Assembly (NCBI GenBank): GCA_965221655.1
Contig: OZ244906.1
Span: 18,324 to 82,323, forward strand
Direction of reading: 5' to 3'
Length of the DNA stretch: 64,000 bases
Origin: a bacterium
Lineage (GTDB): Bacteria; UBA8248
Part shown: positions 20,382 to 29,687 of the stretch, in pieces
Numbering within the stretch: the first letter of the stretch is position 1
Layout of the letters: every line of letters begins with the position of its first letter
Made by a program: the position numbers and the translations under genes
Notes under the pieces: model-generated
The model's database searches: none
Seen by the model: the letters and a program-made list of their open reading frames with translations, nothing else
What the model was told of the DNA's origin: nothing

Positions 20382-21257
20382 GTGAGCCACATGATTTATG
20401 TCCAGATTCTGATTAACAGCATCCTGCTGGGCGGTATATACGCCTGTATCGCGGTGGGTTTCTCGCTCGTCTGGGGCGTCATGAACATCCTGAACGTGTT
20501 GCACGGCACGTTCCTCATGCTGGGGGGCTACGTCACCTTCTGGATGTTCAGGCTCTACGGCGTGGACCCGTTTCTCTCCCTGCCGGTTTCGGCCGCCCTC
20601 ATGTTCTGTGCGGGCTACGCGGCACAGCGCGGCCTCATCAACAAAATCGTGCGCGCGCCGATGTTCATGTCGCTCATTCTCACCTTTGGTCTGCAGCTCA
20701 TCGTCGTGCGGCTGGCGATATACTTCTTCACGGGCGATTTCCGCTCGGTGCAGCCCTCCTACGCGAGTTTTTCCATTCCCTTCCTGGGCGCCTCGGTTCC
20801 CTTCGTGCGGGTTTCGATCTTCGTGCTGGGCGTCTTGCTCACGGGAATCCTGTTCTGGTTCATGGGCAGGACGCGCACGGGTCGGGCCATACGGGCGACG
20901 CGCATGGATTTGGACTCCGCCCAGCTCATGGGCGTGGACATCGGCAAGATATACGCCATCACCTACGGCATCGGCGCGGCGGTGGCCGCCGCGTCGGGCT
21001 CGCTCGTGAGCGTGGGCTTCGCCATATCGCCGGTGAGCGACGTGGAGTTTCTCTCAAAATCGTTCATCATCTGCACCATCGGGGGGCTGGGCAACATCAC
21101 GGGCGCACTCGCGGGGGGCCTCATCCTGGGACTCGCCGAGAATTTCGGGGCACTCTATCTCGGCCCCGGGCTGCAAAACGCCATTGGCTACGTGTTGTTG
21201 ATTCTGGTGCTCTTCCTCCGGCCTTCGGGTCTCATGGGCAGAAAGGGCTTCGAGTAA
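20382..21257 (+). CDS. Branched-chain amino acid ABC permease (LivH-like)
   Basis: GFSLVWGV, NVLHG, GRAIRA, GGLG and RPSGL. Confidence 0.92.
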   Translation: MSHMIYVQILINSILLGGIYACIAVGFSLVWGVMNILNVLHGTFLMLGGYVTFWMFRLYGVDPFLSLPVSAALMFCAGYAAQRGLINKIVRAPMFMSLILTFGLQLIVVRLAIYFFTGDFRSVQPSYASFSIPFLGASVPFVRVSIFVLGVLLTGILFWFMGRTRTGRAIRATRMDLDSAQLMGVDIGKIYAITYGIGAAVAAASGSLVSVGFAISPVSDVEFLSKSFIICTIGGLGNITGALAGGLILGLAENFGALYLGPGLQNAIGYVLLILVLFLRPSGLMGRKGFE

Positions 21258-21258
21258 G

Positions 21259-22242
21259 ATGTTCAGACCCTGGTCCATCGTTCAGTGGCTCGCGGCGGGA
21301 GCGGGCGTGTTCGCCCTCGTGATCCTGCCCTCCTTTGTGGAGAACGACGAGATTCGCAAGTGGATGGACATTCTGATGGTGGCCATCCTGGCGACGAGCT
21401 GGAACTTCATCGGCGGGCTGACGGGGTATCCCTCCTTCGCCCCCGCCGCCTTCTTCGGGCTGGGTGCGTACACGACGGCCATCCTGATGAACGCGGGCTG
21501 GAACTTCTTTCTCACCCTGGGCGTGGGCGCGGGTCTCAGCGCCCTGGTGGCGCTCGCCCTGGGAATCCCCATCCTGCGGCTGCGGGGGCACTACTTCGCC
21601 ATCGCCACCTTCGGGGTGGCGGAGTTCTTTAGGGAATTGGCGGACAACCTGCGCATCACCGGCGGGGGAGACGGCATCAACCTGCCCCAGATTACGGGGG
21701 GGCCGGACTACTTTACGCGCTTTTTCTACTTCTCCATGCTCGGGGTGGCCGTGCTCGCCTTTCTGACGCAGTATTTCGTCACGCGCCACAGGCTGGGCTA
21801 CGGACTCGTCGCCATCCGCGAGAACGAGGACGCGGCGGCGATGACGGGGGTGGACACGACGAAGTACAAGATTATCGCCTTTGTCCTCTCGGCCGTCTTC
21901 CCGGCGATGGGGGGCGGCGTGTACGCCTATCGCGCGGCGTTTCTCGAGCCCATCGACGTCTTCGACGTCCTCTTCTCCATCAAGGCGATCGTGATGGCGA
22001 TGCTCGGCGGCGTGGGGACGGTGATGGGCCCGCTCTTGGGCGCGCTGATGATGGAATATGTCACGGACTACCTCTGGGGGGCGTTCACGGAATTCCACAG
22101 CGTGTTCCTGGGAGTCATCATCGTGCTGGTTGTGCTGTTCATCCCCCGGGGGTTGATGGCTCTCGTCCAGGAGGTGCAACGCCGCGGGTGGGGGTCGCTG
22201 GGCCCGATTCTCAAGAGCAACATACAAAGGTTCAGGGTGTGA
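21259..22242 (+). CDS. Branched-chain amino acid ABC permease (LivM-like)
   Basis: LRLRGHYFAIAT, AIRENEDAA and PRGL. Confidence 0.92.
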   Translation: MFRPWSIVQWLAAGAGVFALVILPSFVENDEIRKWMDILMVAILATSWNFIGGLTGYPSFAPAAFFGLGAYTTAILMNAGWNFFLTLGVGAGLSALVALALGIPILRLRGHYFAIATFGVAEFFRELADNLRITGGGDGINLPQITGGPDYFTRFFYFSMLGVAVLAFLTQYFVTRHRLGYGLVAIRENEDAAAMTGVDTTKYKIIAFVLSAVFPAMGGGVYAYRAAFLEPIDVFDVLFSIKAIVMAMLGGVGTVMGPLLGALMMEYVTDYLWGAFTEFHSVFLGVIIVLVVLFIPRGLMALVQEVQRRGWGSLGPILKSNIQRFRV

Positions 22243-23006
22243 GCGAAATACTTCTCGAGGGCAGGGGCGTTACCAAGCGATTCGGTGGACTCACCGCCGT
22301 CTCGGGGGTGGACTTCACCGTCCGCGAAGGCGAGATACTGGGCGTCATCGGCCCCAACGGCGCGGGAAAGACCACGCTTCTCAACTGCATCACGGGCCTC
22401 GACCCGCTGAACGAGGGGGAGATTTTCTTCCGCGGTGAGCGCATCGAAGCGCTCAAGCCCCACGCCATCACGCGCAAGGGCGTCGCGCGGACGTTTCAGA
22501 TCGTGCAGCCCTTTCCGGGCCTTGCCGTGCGCGACAACGTCGTCATGGGCGCGCTGTTCGGCTCCCAGAAATCGAAAAAAGAGGTCAGGCGCGCCCAGCG
22601 CCTCGCCGATGACATGCTCGCGTTCGTGGGGCTGGGGGAGAAGGCCGCGCAGCTCGCCTCCCAGCTCACGCTCGCCGAGCGCAAGCGTCTGGAGTTCGCC
22701 AAGTCCCTCGCCACCGAGCCCGACGTGCTGCTCCTTGACGAGGTGAACGCAGGCCTCAACGCGAAGGAGATCGAAAGCGCCATTTCGCTTATCCACCAGG
22801 TGCGCGAGCAGGGCGTTACCATTCTGGTCATCGAGCATCTCATGAAGGTGATCACCGACCTGTCGGATCGCGTCATCGTCCTCCACCACGGCGAGAAGAT
22901 AGCCGAGGGCACGCCGCGCGAGGTGACGAGCGACGAGCAGGTCGTCAAGGCCTATCTGGGCGAGAAGTACGCGGCGATGATGGCCAAACTGCAGGAGGAA
23001 GCATGA
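22239..23006 (+). CDS. ABC ATP-binding protein (LivG-like)
   Basis: KRFGGLTAV, GPNGAGKTT, ARTFQ, LLLDE, IEH and AYLG; GTG start overlapping the upstream stop. Confidence 0.92.
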   Translation: MSEILLEGRGVTKRFGGLTAVSGVDFTVREGEILGVIGPNGAGKTTLLNCITGLDPLNEGEIFFRGERIEALKPHAITRKGVARTFQIVQPFPGLAVRDNVVMGALFGSQKSKKEVRRAQRLADDMLAFVGLGEKAAQLASQLTLAERKRLEFAKSLATEPDVLLLDEVNAGLNAKEIESAISLIHQVREQGVTILVIEHLMKVITDLSDRVIVLHHGEKIAEGTPREVTSDEQVVKAYLGEKYAAMMAKLQEEA

Positions 23007-23743
23007 GCTTGCGCGAGCCCCATGACGCGGCGAACCTCCTGGAGGTGCGCGGCCTGGCGGGCGGTTATGACGACGTGCAGATTCTCTGGGGGGTCGACCT
23101 CGACGTGCGCGAGGGCGAAATCGTCGCCATCGTGGGCAGCAACGGCGTGGGCAAGACCACGTTCCTCAGGATGCTCTCGGGCGTGCTCGCCCACACCGCG
23201 GGCACCATAACGCTGGCCGGCGAGTCTCTTGGTGGAATGGCGCCCCAGGACGTCGTCGCCAGGGGCATCTCCCACGTGCCCGAGGGGCGCAGGCTTTTTG
23301 CGGCGATGAGCGTGGAGGAGAACCTCCTCATGGGCGCCTACGCCCGCAACATGGCGGATCGGGAACTGGCGGCGGACCTCGAGAGGGTCTATGGGTTTTT
23401 TCCGAGGCTGGCGGAACGCAAGTCCCAGTTGGCGGGCAGCATGTCCGGCGGAGAACAGCAGATGTGCGCGATCGCCCGGGGGTTGATGGCCCGCCCCAGG
23501 CTTTTGCTGCTCGACGAGCTCTCCCTGGGGCTCGCGCCCCGGCTGGTGGAGGAGTTGTGCGGCTTCGTGCGGCAGATCAACGAGGAGGGCGTGGCCATCA
23601 TCCTCGTGGAACAGGACGTGCTCACCGCGTTCGAGCTCGCAAGCCGCGCCTATGTCTTCGAGACGGGGCGCGTTACGATTTCCGGCCCCTCGGAGGAGTT
23701 GCTGGCGAATCCGCAGGTGAAAACGGCGTATCTGGGCATGTAG
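23003..23743 (+). CDS. ABC ATP-binding protein (LivF-like)
   Basis: GSNGVGKTT, VPEGRRLF, MSGGEQQM and SLGLAP. Confidence 0.93.
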   Translation: MSLREPHDAANLLEVRGLAGGYDDVQILWGVDLDVREGEIVAIVGSNGVGKTTFLRMLSGVLAHTAGTITLAGESLGGMAPQDVVARGISHVPEGRRLFAAMSVEENLLMGAYARNMADRELAADLERVYGFFPRLAERKSQLAGSMSGGEQQMCAIARGLMARPRLLLLDELSLGLAPRLVEELCGFVRQINEEGVAIILVEQDVLTAFELASRAYVFETGRVTISGPSEELLANPQVKTAYLGM

Positions 23744-23829
23744 CCCGTTTTGGTATACGGTTTGAGGGCGAGAACGTCAGGTTTATCCATTGCGGCGGGG
23801 GCGCACCCAACCATGGAGGGAGGAAGAAA

Positions 23830-25038
23830 ATGAAGAATCGAAAATGGTTGTTTTTCATCGCGGCAATTTTGTCTTTCACCTTCGGTACAGCGGACCTTGG
23901 GCTACCGGTTGATGCCGGGGCGGCGGAGATCAAGTTCGGCGCCGCCTTGCCGCTCACCGGCCCCTTGGCCACCGAGGGCAAGAAGCAGCAGGCGGGCTAT
24001 GAAATCTGGCGCGAGCGCGTGAACAAGGCGGGCGGCGTCAACGTCGGTGGCAAGAAGATGAAGGTCAAAATCGTCTACTACGACTATGAGAGCAAGACGC
24101 CGACCGCCACCAAGCTCGCCGAGCGGCTCATCACCAAGGAGAAGGTGTCGCTTCTCCTCGGCCCGTTCGGCAGCGGAGCGACGAAGTCCGTCGCCGCCAT
24201 CACGGAGCGCTATCAGGTGCCGCTCATCGCGCCCGTGGCGAGTTCGGAGCCGATCTTCGACCAGGGCTACAAGTACCTCTTCGGCCTGCTGGCGCCGAAT
24301 GCGTATCTGCCGAACAACTTCTTCACGCTCCTCAAGGAGCAAAAGCCCGTGCCGAAGACCATGGCGTTCGTGACGCGCAACGACTTCTTCCCGCGCGCCA
24401 TCACGAAGATGATCCGAAAAGGGGCGAAGGAGCACGGCTTCACGGACGTCTACTACGCCGAGTTCCCCAAGGACTCGAAGGACATGTCTACCTGGCTGAC
24501 CATCGTGAAAGGCAAGAACCCCGACGTGCTCATGGTCGCCGGCTATCTGCCCGACACCCTCCTCGCCACCAAGCAGGCGAACGAACTGGGGGTGAAGCCG
24601 AAAATCCTGTTCACCATGGTCGGCCCGGTGTACGCCCAGTTCACCGATTCGCTCGGCGCCACGGCCAACAACATCCTGACGGCCGCCTGGTGGGGCGAGG
24701 CGCTCGACTACAAGGGCGGCTTCATCGGCTCGGCGCGTGATTTCGGCAAGATATGGCGCGGCAAGTTCAAGCAGGAGCCCGACTACGTCGCCGCCGCGTC
24801 GACGGCCGCGGGCATCGTCGCCCAGAAGGCCATCGAGGCCGCGGGCACGCTGGACAAGAAGAAGGTGCGCGACGCGATTGCGAACATCAACTTGCAGACC
24901 TTCTTTGGCCCGGTGAAGTTCGACAAGCGGGGCATGAACGCCGCGAGCGCCATCGTGTTGTTCCAGGTGCAAAACGGCAAGCGCCGCACCGTGGGGCCGA
25001 AGAGCGTGGCGAACGCGAAGTTCACGTATCCGAGATAG
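23830..25038 (+). CDS. ABC substrate-binding protein (LivK-like)
   Basis: Signal peptide; PLTG, LLGPFGSG and TFFGPVKFD. Confidence 0.9.
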   Translation: MKNRKWLFFIAAILSFTFGTADLGLPVDAGAAEIKFGAALPLTGPLATEGKKQQAGYEIWRERVNKAGGVNVGGKKMKVKIVYYDYESKTPTATKLAERLITKEKVSLLLGPFGSGATKSVAAITERYQVPLIAPVASSEPIFDQGYKYLFGLLAPNAYLPNNFFTLLKEQKPVPKTMAFVTRNDFFPRAITKMIRKGAKEHGFTDVYYAEFPKDSKDMSTWLTIVKGKNPDVLMVAGYLPDTLLATKQANELGVKPKILFTMVGPVYAQFTDSLGATANNILTAAWWGEALDYKGGFIGSARDFGKIWRGKFKQEPDYVAAASTAAGIVAQKAIEAAGTLDKKKVRDAIANINLQTFFGPVKFDKRGMNAASAIVLFQVQNGKRRTVGPKSVANAKFTYPR

Positions 25039-25100
25039 TTTTCGGCCCGGGGGCGTCGCGCGGCCCGCGCGGCGCTCCCGGCACCCGGAGGGTGCGGGCG

Positions 25101-25898
25101 ATGCCGACGATTCGCCAGTTGTCCGACGAGGAAGTGCCCGAGGCGGCGCGCGATTTGGTCGAGCGCATCAAGGCGCGCGAGAAGCGCGTGTTCGGCATCG
25201 ATGGCCTCTCGAACGTCTGGCGCGCCATGACCCACCACCCCGAATACATGCACGCGAGTTGGGCGCGCTCAAGGGCCACGATGCAGCGCGGCGACGTGCC
25301 GCCCCTCGTCAAGGAGATGGTCGCCTCGGCCGTCTCCGTCGTCAATGCGTGTGAATACTGAATCGACTCCCACGTCGCCGCGGTCATGCGGCTGGGAGTC
25401 GACGAGGCGGGTGTTACTGAACTTATCGGGCTGACCGACCACGTGGCGGGGATGAACAAGGTCGCCCTCGGTCTGTTGCTCGAGGGCGAGGAGTCGCCCC
25501 CCCTGCTGCCCGAAGCACCCGAGGCGGAGTGGGAGCCCCTCGTTCGCGCGTCGATGGAGGAGGTCGCGCAGGTCGAATCCGCCCGTCTGGGCGGGGGAGG
25601 CGTTCCGCGCTATTGGCGCTCTTTGGCGCGCAACAGGCACTATTTCGAGTCGACCTGGAACAAGCACAAGGTTCTGCTGGACGGCGGCGTCCTCGACCCG
25701 GACGCCAAGGCGGCCGTCGGCTTCGGCGTGAGTGCGACGAACGGCTCAAAGTACTTCATCCGCTATTTTCATGCGTGCCTGGTGAACATGGGGTGGGACG
25801 CGGGGCGCATTCTCGAGATTCTCGGAGTGGTGGATCACTACAACAGCTTCAACACGCTGGCGACGGGAATGCAGATAGAGTCCGACATCAGGCCGTGA
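25101..25898 (+). CDS. Probable selenoprotein: tandem AhpD/CMD-domain peroxidase-related protein, Sec at TGA 25359-25361 (CEYU)
   Basis: ORFs ending at 25361 and starting at 25386 are in one frame; readthrough gives KEMVASAVSVVNACEYUIDSH, matching the AhpD CxxCxxxH motif; SECIS-like hairpin follows. Confidence 0.88.
25363..25402 (+). promoter_or_regulatory. Bacterial SECIS-like stem-loop
   Basis: TCGACTCCCA/TGGGAGTCGA 10 bp lower stem, CGTC bulge, GCCGC/GCGGC upper stem, apical loop GGTCAT starting 20 nt after the TGA. Confidence 0.8.
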
Positions 25899-25976
25899 GC
25901 CGCGGCCCGCTGTCGGTGGGCACCGGGCGGGTACGACCCGGCCGGGAGAAATGTTCGGAGCGGAGCGAAACGAAAC

Positions 25977-26834
25977 ATGGAATTCCTGCGCGCAGGCTCG
26001 GTGGAAGAGGCCCTTGAGGCCGCACGTGCGGGGGCGGTTTTCGTGGCGGGCGGCACGAACCTGGTGCCCGACGTGCTCTTCGGGCGCAAGAAGGTGGCGC
26101 GCGCGGTCGACATCAGCCGCCTCGATGAGTTGCGCTTCATCGAGGAGGCGCAGGGGCGCATCAGAATCGGGGCGCTGGCGAGCGTCACCGACCTTCTGGC
26201 TTCAGAATCGATTCGCACGGGCGCACCGCCGCTTTATGAGAGCGCAGTCGAGTTCGCGGGGCCTTTGGTGCGAAACCGCGCGAGCGTGGCGGGCAACCTC
26301 ATGGACGCCTCGCCCGCCGCAGACCTCGCTCCTCCCCTGCTCGCCCAGGACGCCGTCGTCGAGTTGGCCTCGGTGGAGGGCGAACGCTCCCTGCCGCTCG
26401 ACGAGTTTTTCGTGGACTACCGAAAGACGTCAGTGCGCCCCGATGAGCTGGTGACGGCCATCGTCATTCGGCCGCTGGCCCCGACCGACCGCTGCGCTTA
26501 CTACAAGCTCCAGCTCAGGCGTGCGATGGCGATTTCCCTTCTGAGCGTGGCCGTTTGCCTGCGGATGGAGGGGGAGGTTTGCACACAGGCGGCCATTGGC
26601 CTGGGGGCAGTGGCCGCCGTGCCGTACCGCGCCCGCACGGCGGAGGCGCACCTGTGCGGAAAACGCATCGGGGAGGCGGAGATAGAGGCGGCGGCGGAGG
26701 CGGCGGCGCACGATGCCCGGCCCATCGACGACGTGCGCGCAACGGCGGCCTACCGGCGCAAGATGTGCGGCGTATTGGTTCGCCGCCTGCTCGGGCGCGC
26801 GCTGGCTGCGCCGCAGGCCGTGGCCGCACCTTAA
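25977..26834 (+). CDS. Xanthine dehydrogenase family FAD-binding subunit
   Basis: AGGTNL, IGA, RNRASVAGNL, ASPAAD and PIDDVRATAAYR. Confidence 0.92.
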   Translation: MEFLRAGSVEEALEAARAGAVFVAGGTNLVPDVLFGRKKVARAVDISRLDELRFIEEAQGRIRIGALASVTDLLASESIRTGAPPLYESAVEFAGPLVRNRASVAGNLMDASPAADLAPPLLAQDAVVELASVEGERSLPLDEFFVDYRKTSVRPDELVTAIVIRPLAPTDRCAYYKLQLRRAMAISLLSVAVCLRMEGEVCTQAAIGLGAVAAVPYRARTAEAHLCGKRIGEAEIEAAAEAAAHDARPIDDVRATAAYRRKMCGVLVRRLLGRALAAPQAVAAP

Positions 26835-26854
26835 GGAGGCGGAACGAGGAGACG

Positions 26855-27337
26855 ATGGACGCCTACGACATCACTTTGCGCGTGAACGGCAAGAGAGAAA
26901 CCCTCTCCGTGCGCGGAGAGGAGACGCTACTGCGCGCTCTCAGGCGTATCGGCTATGTGGAGGTAAAACTCAGCTGCGAGGGGGGCGACTGCGGTGCGTG
27001 CGCCGTCTTGCTCGACGGCGTGGCGGTGAACGCCTGTCTCATGTTCGCCGCCCAGGCCGACGGTGCGGACGTGGTGACCGTGCGCGGCATCGGCACCGAA
27101 GAAGACCTCCACCCCATTCAGGAGCAAATGGTCGAGAAAGGGGGCGTGCAGTGCGGTTTTTGCACGCCGGGAATCGTGGTGGCGGCCAAGGCGCTTTTGG
27201 AGGAGAACCCCGCGCCCACGCACGAGGAAATACGGCGCGGCCTTGCGGGGAACCTGTGCCGCTGCACGGGGTACAAGAAGATTTTCGAGGCGGTCGAGGC
27301 CGCCGCCCGGCAGATGCGCACGGGAGGCGAGGCATGA
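26855..27337 (+). CDS. Xanthine dehydrogenase family 2x[2Fe-2S] subunit
   Basis: CEGGDCGAC, QCGFCTPG and GNLCRCTGY. Confidence 0.95.
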   Translation: MDAYDITLRVNGKRETLSVRGEETLLRALRRIGYVEVKLSCEGGDCGACAVLLDGVAVNACLMFAAQADGADVVTVRGIGTEEDLHPIQEQMVEKGGVQCGFCTPGIVVAAKALLEENPAPTHEEIRRGLAGNLCRCTGYKKIFEAVEAAARQMRTGGEA

Positions 27338-29604
27338 ACGAGCGCGTCGTCGGCAGGCCGCACCCCATCATCGACGCCGTGGAGAAGGTCGCGGGCGCGA
27401 CGGTGTTCATCAACGATCTCGTGCTTCCGGGCGCGCTCACGGGCATGGCGCTCAGAAGCCCCCACCCCCACGCGCGCATCGTAGACGTCGATACCTCCCG
27501 GGCGGAGCGCCTGGCGGGCGTCGCCGCGGTCTTGTCCCGGCACAACACGCCCGATGCGCCATTCGGCATCAACCACAAGGACGAGGCGGCGTTTTGCCGC
27601 GAGAAGGCCCGCTATGTGGGGGACGAAATCGCCGCCGTCGCCGCCGTCGATGAGGACACGGCGCGCGAGGCGCTCTCGCTCATCCGCGTGGAATACGAGG
27701 TCTTGCCCACGGTCGCGGACCCTTTTGCGGCACTCGAGGCGGACGCACCCCTGGTGCACGACTCCGTGCCCGGGAACGTGGCGAACGAGTTCCACATCAA
27801 GCGCGGTGCGGTAGACGAGGCGTTTCGCACGGCAGAGGCCACTTTCGCGGACGAGTTCCACACCCATCTCGCCCACCAGGCCTATATAGAGCCCACGGGC
27901 TGCGCCGCGCAGTGGCACCCGGACGGCAAAATCTCCATCTGGGGTTGCTTGCAGTCGGTGTTCCTGATTCGCACCTTCATGCTCGCGCCCGTCATGGGCA
28001 TGTCTGTTGAGGATTTTCGCGTTACGCAGACCAAGCCGGGCGGAGCCTTCGGCGGAAAGCTCGACGTAAAGGCGGCGCTCATGGCGGCGATGCTGAGCCG
28101 TGCGGCCCAAAGCCCCGTGCGCTTCGTCCTGAGTCTCGAGGAAGACCTGATTGCCATGCGTCCCCGGATGCCGGTGCACATATCCCTCGAATCCGCCTGG
28201 ACGCGCGCCGGCGTGCTGGCGGGCAAGCGGGTGCGCATCGTGGCCGAAAACGGCGCTTACAGTTCGCTCTCCCCGGCGATCATGAGTTCCATCGCACTCA
28301 GGACGGACAACCTCTACAAGACGCCCGCCGCTGAAATCGAGGGAAAACTCGTCTACACGAACGTGATCCCCTCGGGCCAGATGCGCGGGTTCGGCAACGT
28401 GCAGGCGACCTACGCCTGGGAGAGCCACCTCGACAACGTGGCCGACGGCCTGGGCGTGGACCCCGCCGACCTGCGCCTTGCGAACTACACCGAGAAGGGC
28501 GACGTGTCTCTCCACGGCTGGAAGATAGCGAGTTGCGCCGTGGCCGACGCCACGCGCTACGTGGTGGAGAAGATGGACTGGCGCGCCAGGCGCGCCCGGG
28601 GAGGCGAGGGCCGCGGCGTGGGCATGGCCAGTTGCATCCACGTTTCGGGCAACAAGGGTTTTTCGGTGGAACTGGGGCCGGACGACACCGATCCGTCGAG
28701 CGGCGTGGTGCGCATCGACGAGGAGGGCCGGGTGGAAATCTGGTCGGGCGAGTCGGATTTGGGCCAGGGCGCTACGAGCGTGATGGCCTACATCGCCTCC
28801 GAAGTCATGGGCGTTCCGGTGGAGCGGTTTCGGGTGCCGCCGACGGATACGGGCTACATGCCGTTCGGAATGGGGGCGTTCGCGAGCCGCATCACCCTCA
28901 TAGGCGGCAACGCCGTAAAGCTTGCCGCCGAGGATGCGCGCACGAACCTGCTCGCGGCGGCGGCGGAGATTATGGAGATTCCCGCGGAAGAGCTCGACGT
29001 CGTCGAGGGAGAGGTGCGGGCGAAGGCCCTGCCCGAGCGCAAGATGTCGATCGGCGAGGTCGTTCGGGGCGCGGGGAGGGTAATCGAGGGCAACGGCAAG
29101 TGGCTCGCCGGCGGAGAGGTGCTGGATGCGCAAAAGTACGGAAACCCCTCGACCACGTATTCTTTCAGCACCCATGCCGCCGAGGTGGAAGTGGACATGG
29201 AAACGGGTATCGTGCGCGTCCTGCAAATATGCTGCGGGCACGACCCGGGCCGGGTGATCAACAGACTCGGCGCGGAAGGCCAGGTCGAGGGAGGCGCAGT
29301 CCAGGGCATGAGCTACGCGATGATGGAGAGCCTCGCACCCCTGGAGGGTCATCTGCGGGGGAAGAACTTTCACGACTACCTCATTGCCACCTCGATGGAT
29401 GCGCCGCCGATAGAGCACGACTTCTTCGAGTCCATGGACCCCCACGGCCCCTACGGCGCCAAGGGGCTGGCCGAGGTGGCGATCAACCCGATCACGGCGG
29501 CGATCTGCAACGCCATCTATCACGCGACCGGCGGGGCGCGCATACGCACCCTGCCCATCACGCCTGAGCGCGTGCTGGAGGCGATAGAGCAGGCGCGGAA
29601 ATAA
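27334..29604 (+). CDS. Xanthine dehydrogenase family molybdopterin-binding subunit
   Basis: LRSPHPHARI, GGAFGGK, MRGFG, GQG, GQVEGG and GAKGLAE. Confidence 0.93.
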   Translation: MNERVVGRPHPIIDAVEKVAGATVFINDLVLPGALTGMALRSPHPHARIVDVDTSRAERLAGVAAVLSRHNTPDAPFGINHKDEAAFCREKARYVGDEIAAVAAVDEDTAREALSLIRVEYEVLPTVADPFAALEADAPLVHDSVPGNVANEFHIKRGAVDEAFRTAEATFADEFHTHLAHQAYIEPTGCAAQWHPDGKISIWGCLQSVFLIRTFMLAPVMGMSVEDFRVTQTKPGGAFGGKLDVKAALMAAMLSRAAQSPVRFVLSLEEDLIAMRPRMPVHISLESAWTRAGVLAGKRVRIVAENGAYSSLSPAIMSSIALRTDNLYKTPAAEIEGKLVYTNVIPSGQMRGFGNVQATYAWESHLDNVADGLGVDPADLRLANYTEKGDVSLHGWKIASCAVADATRYVVEKMDWRARRARGGEGRGVGMASCIHVSGNKGFSVELGPDDTDPSSGVVRIDEEGRVEIWSGESDLGQGATSVMAYIASEVMGVPVERFRVPPTDTGYMPFGMGAFASRITLIGGNAVKLAAEDARTNLLAAAAEIMEIPAEELDVVEGEVRAKALPERKMSIGEVVRGAGRVIEGNGKWLAGGEVLDAQKYGNPSTTYSFSTHAAEVEVDMETGIVRVLQICCGHDPGRVINRLGAEGQVEGGAVQGMSYAMMESLAPLEGHLRGKNFHDYLIATSMDAPPIEHDFFESMDPHGPYGAKGLAEVAINPITAAICNAIYHATGGARIRTLPITPERVLEAIEQARK

Positions 29605-29687
29605 GGCGCTCCGCGCGTCTGCGCACACCGCCTGCGTCCTCCACGTAACGAATCCCGAAAGCGCCGCCCGAACCCTCGAGTGCGATC

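Noticed and set aside
25977-29604. Calling the Mo enzyme aerobic CO dehydrogenase (coxMSL) or 4-hydroxybenzoyl-CoA reductase
   Set aside because: The order resembles coxMSL, but the AYxCSFR active-site loop is absent, and the FAD subunit has no [4Fe-4S] Cys insert.
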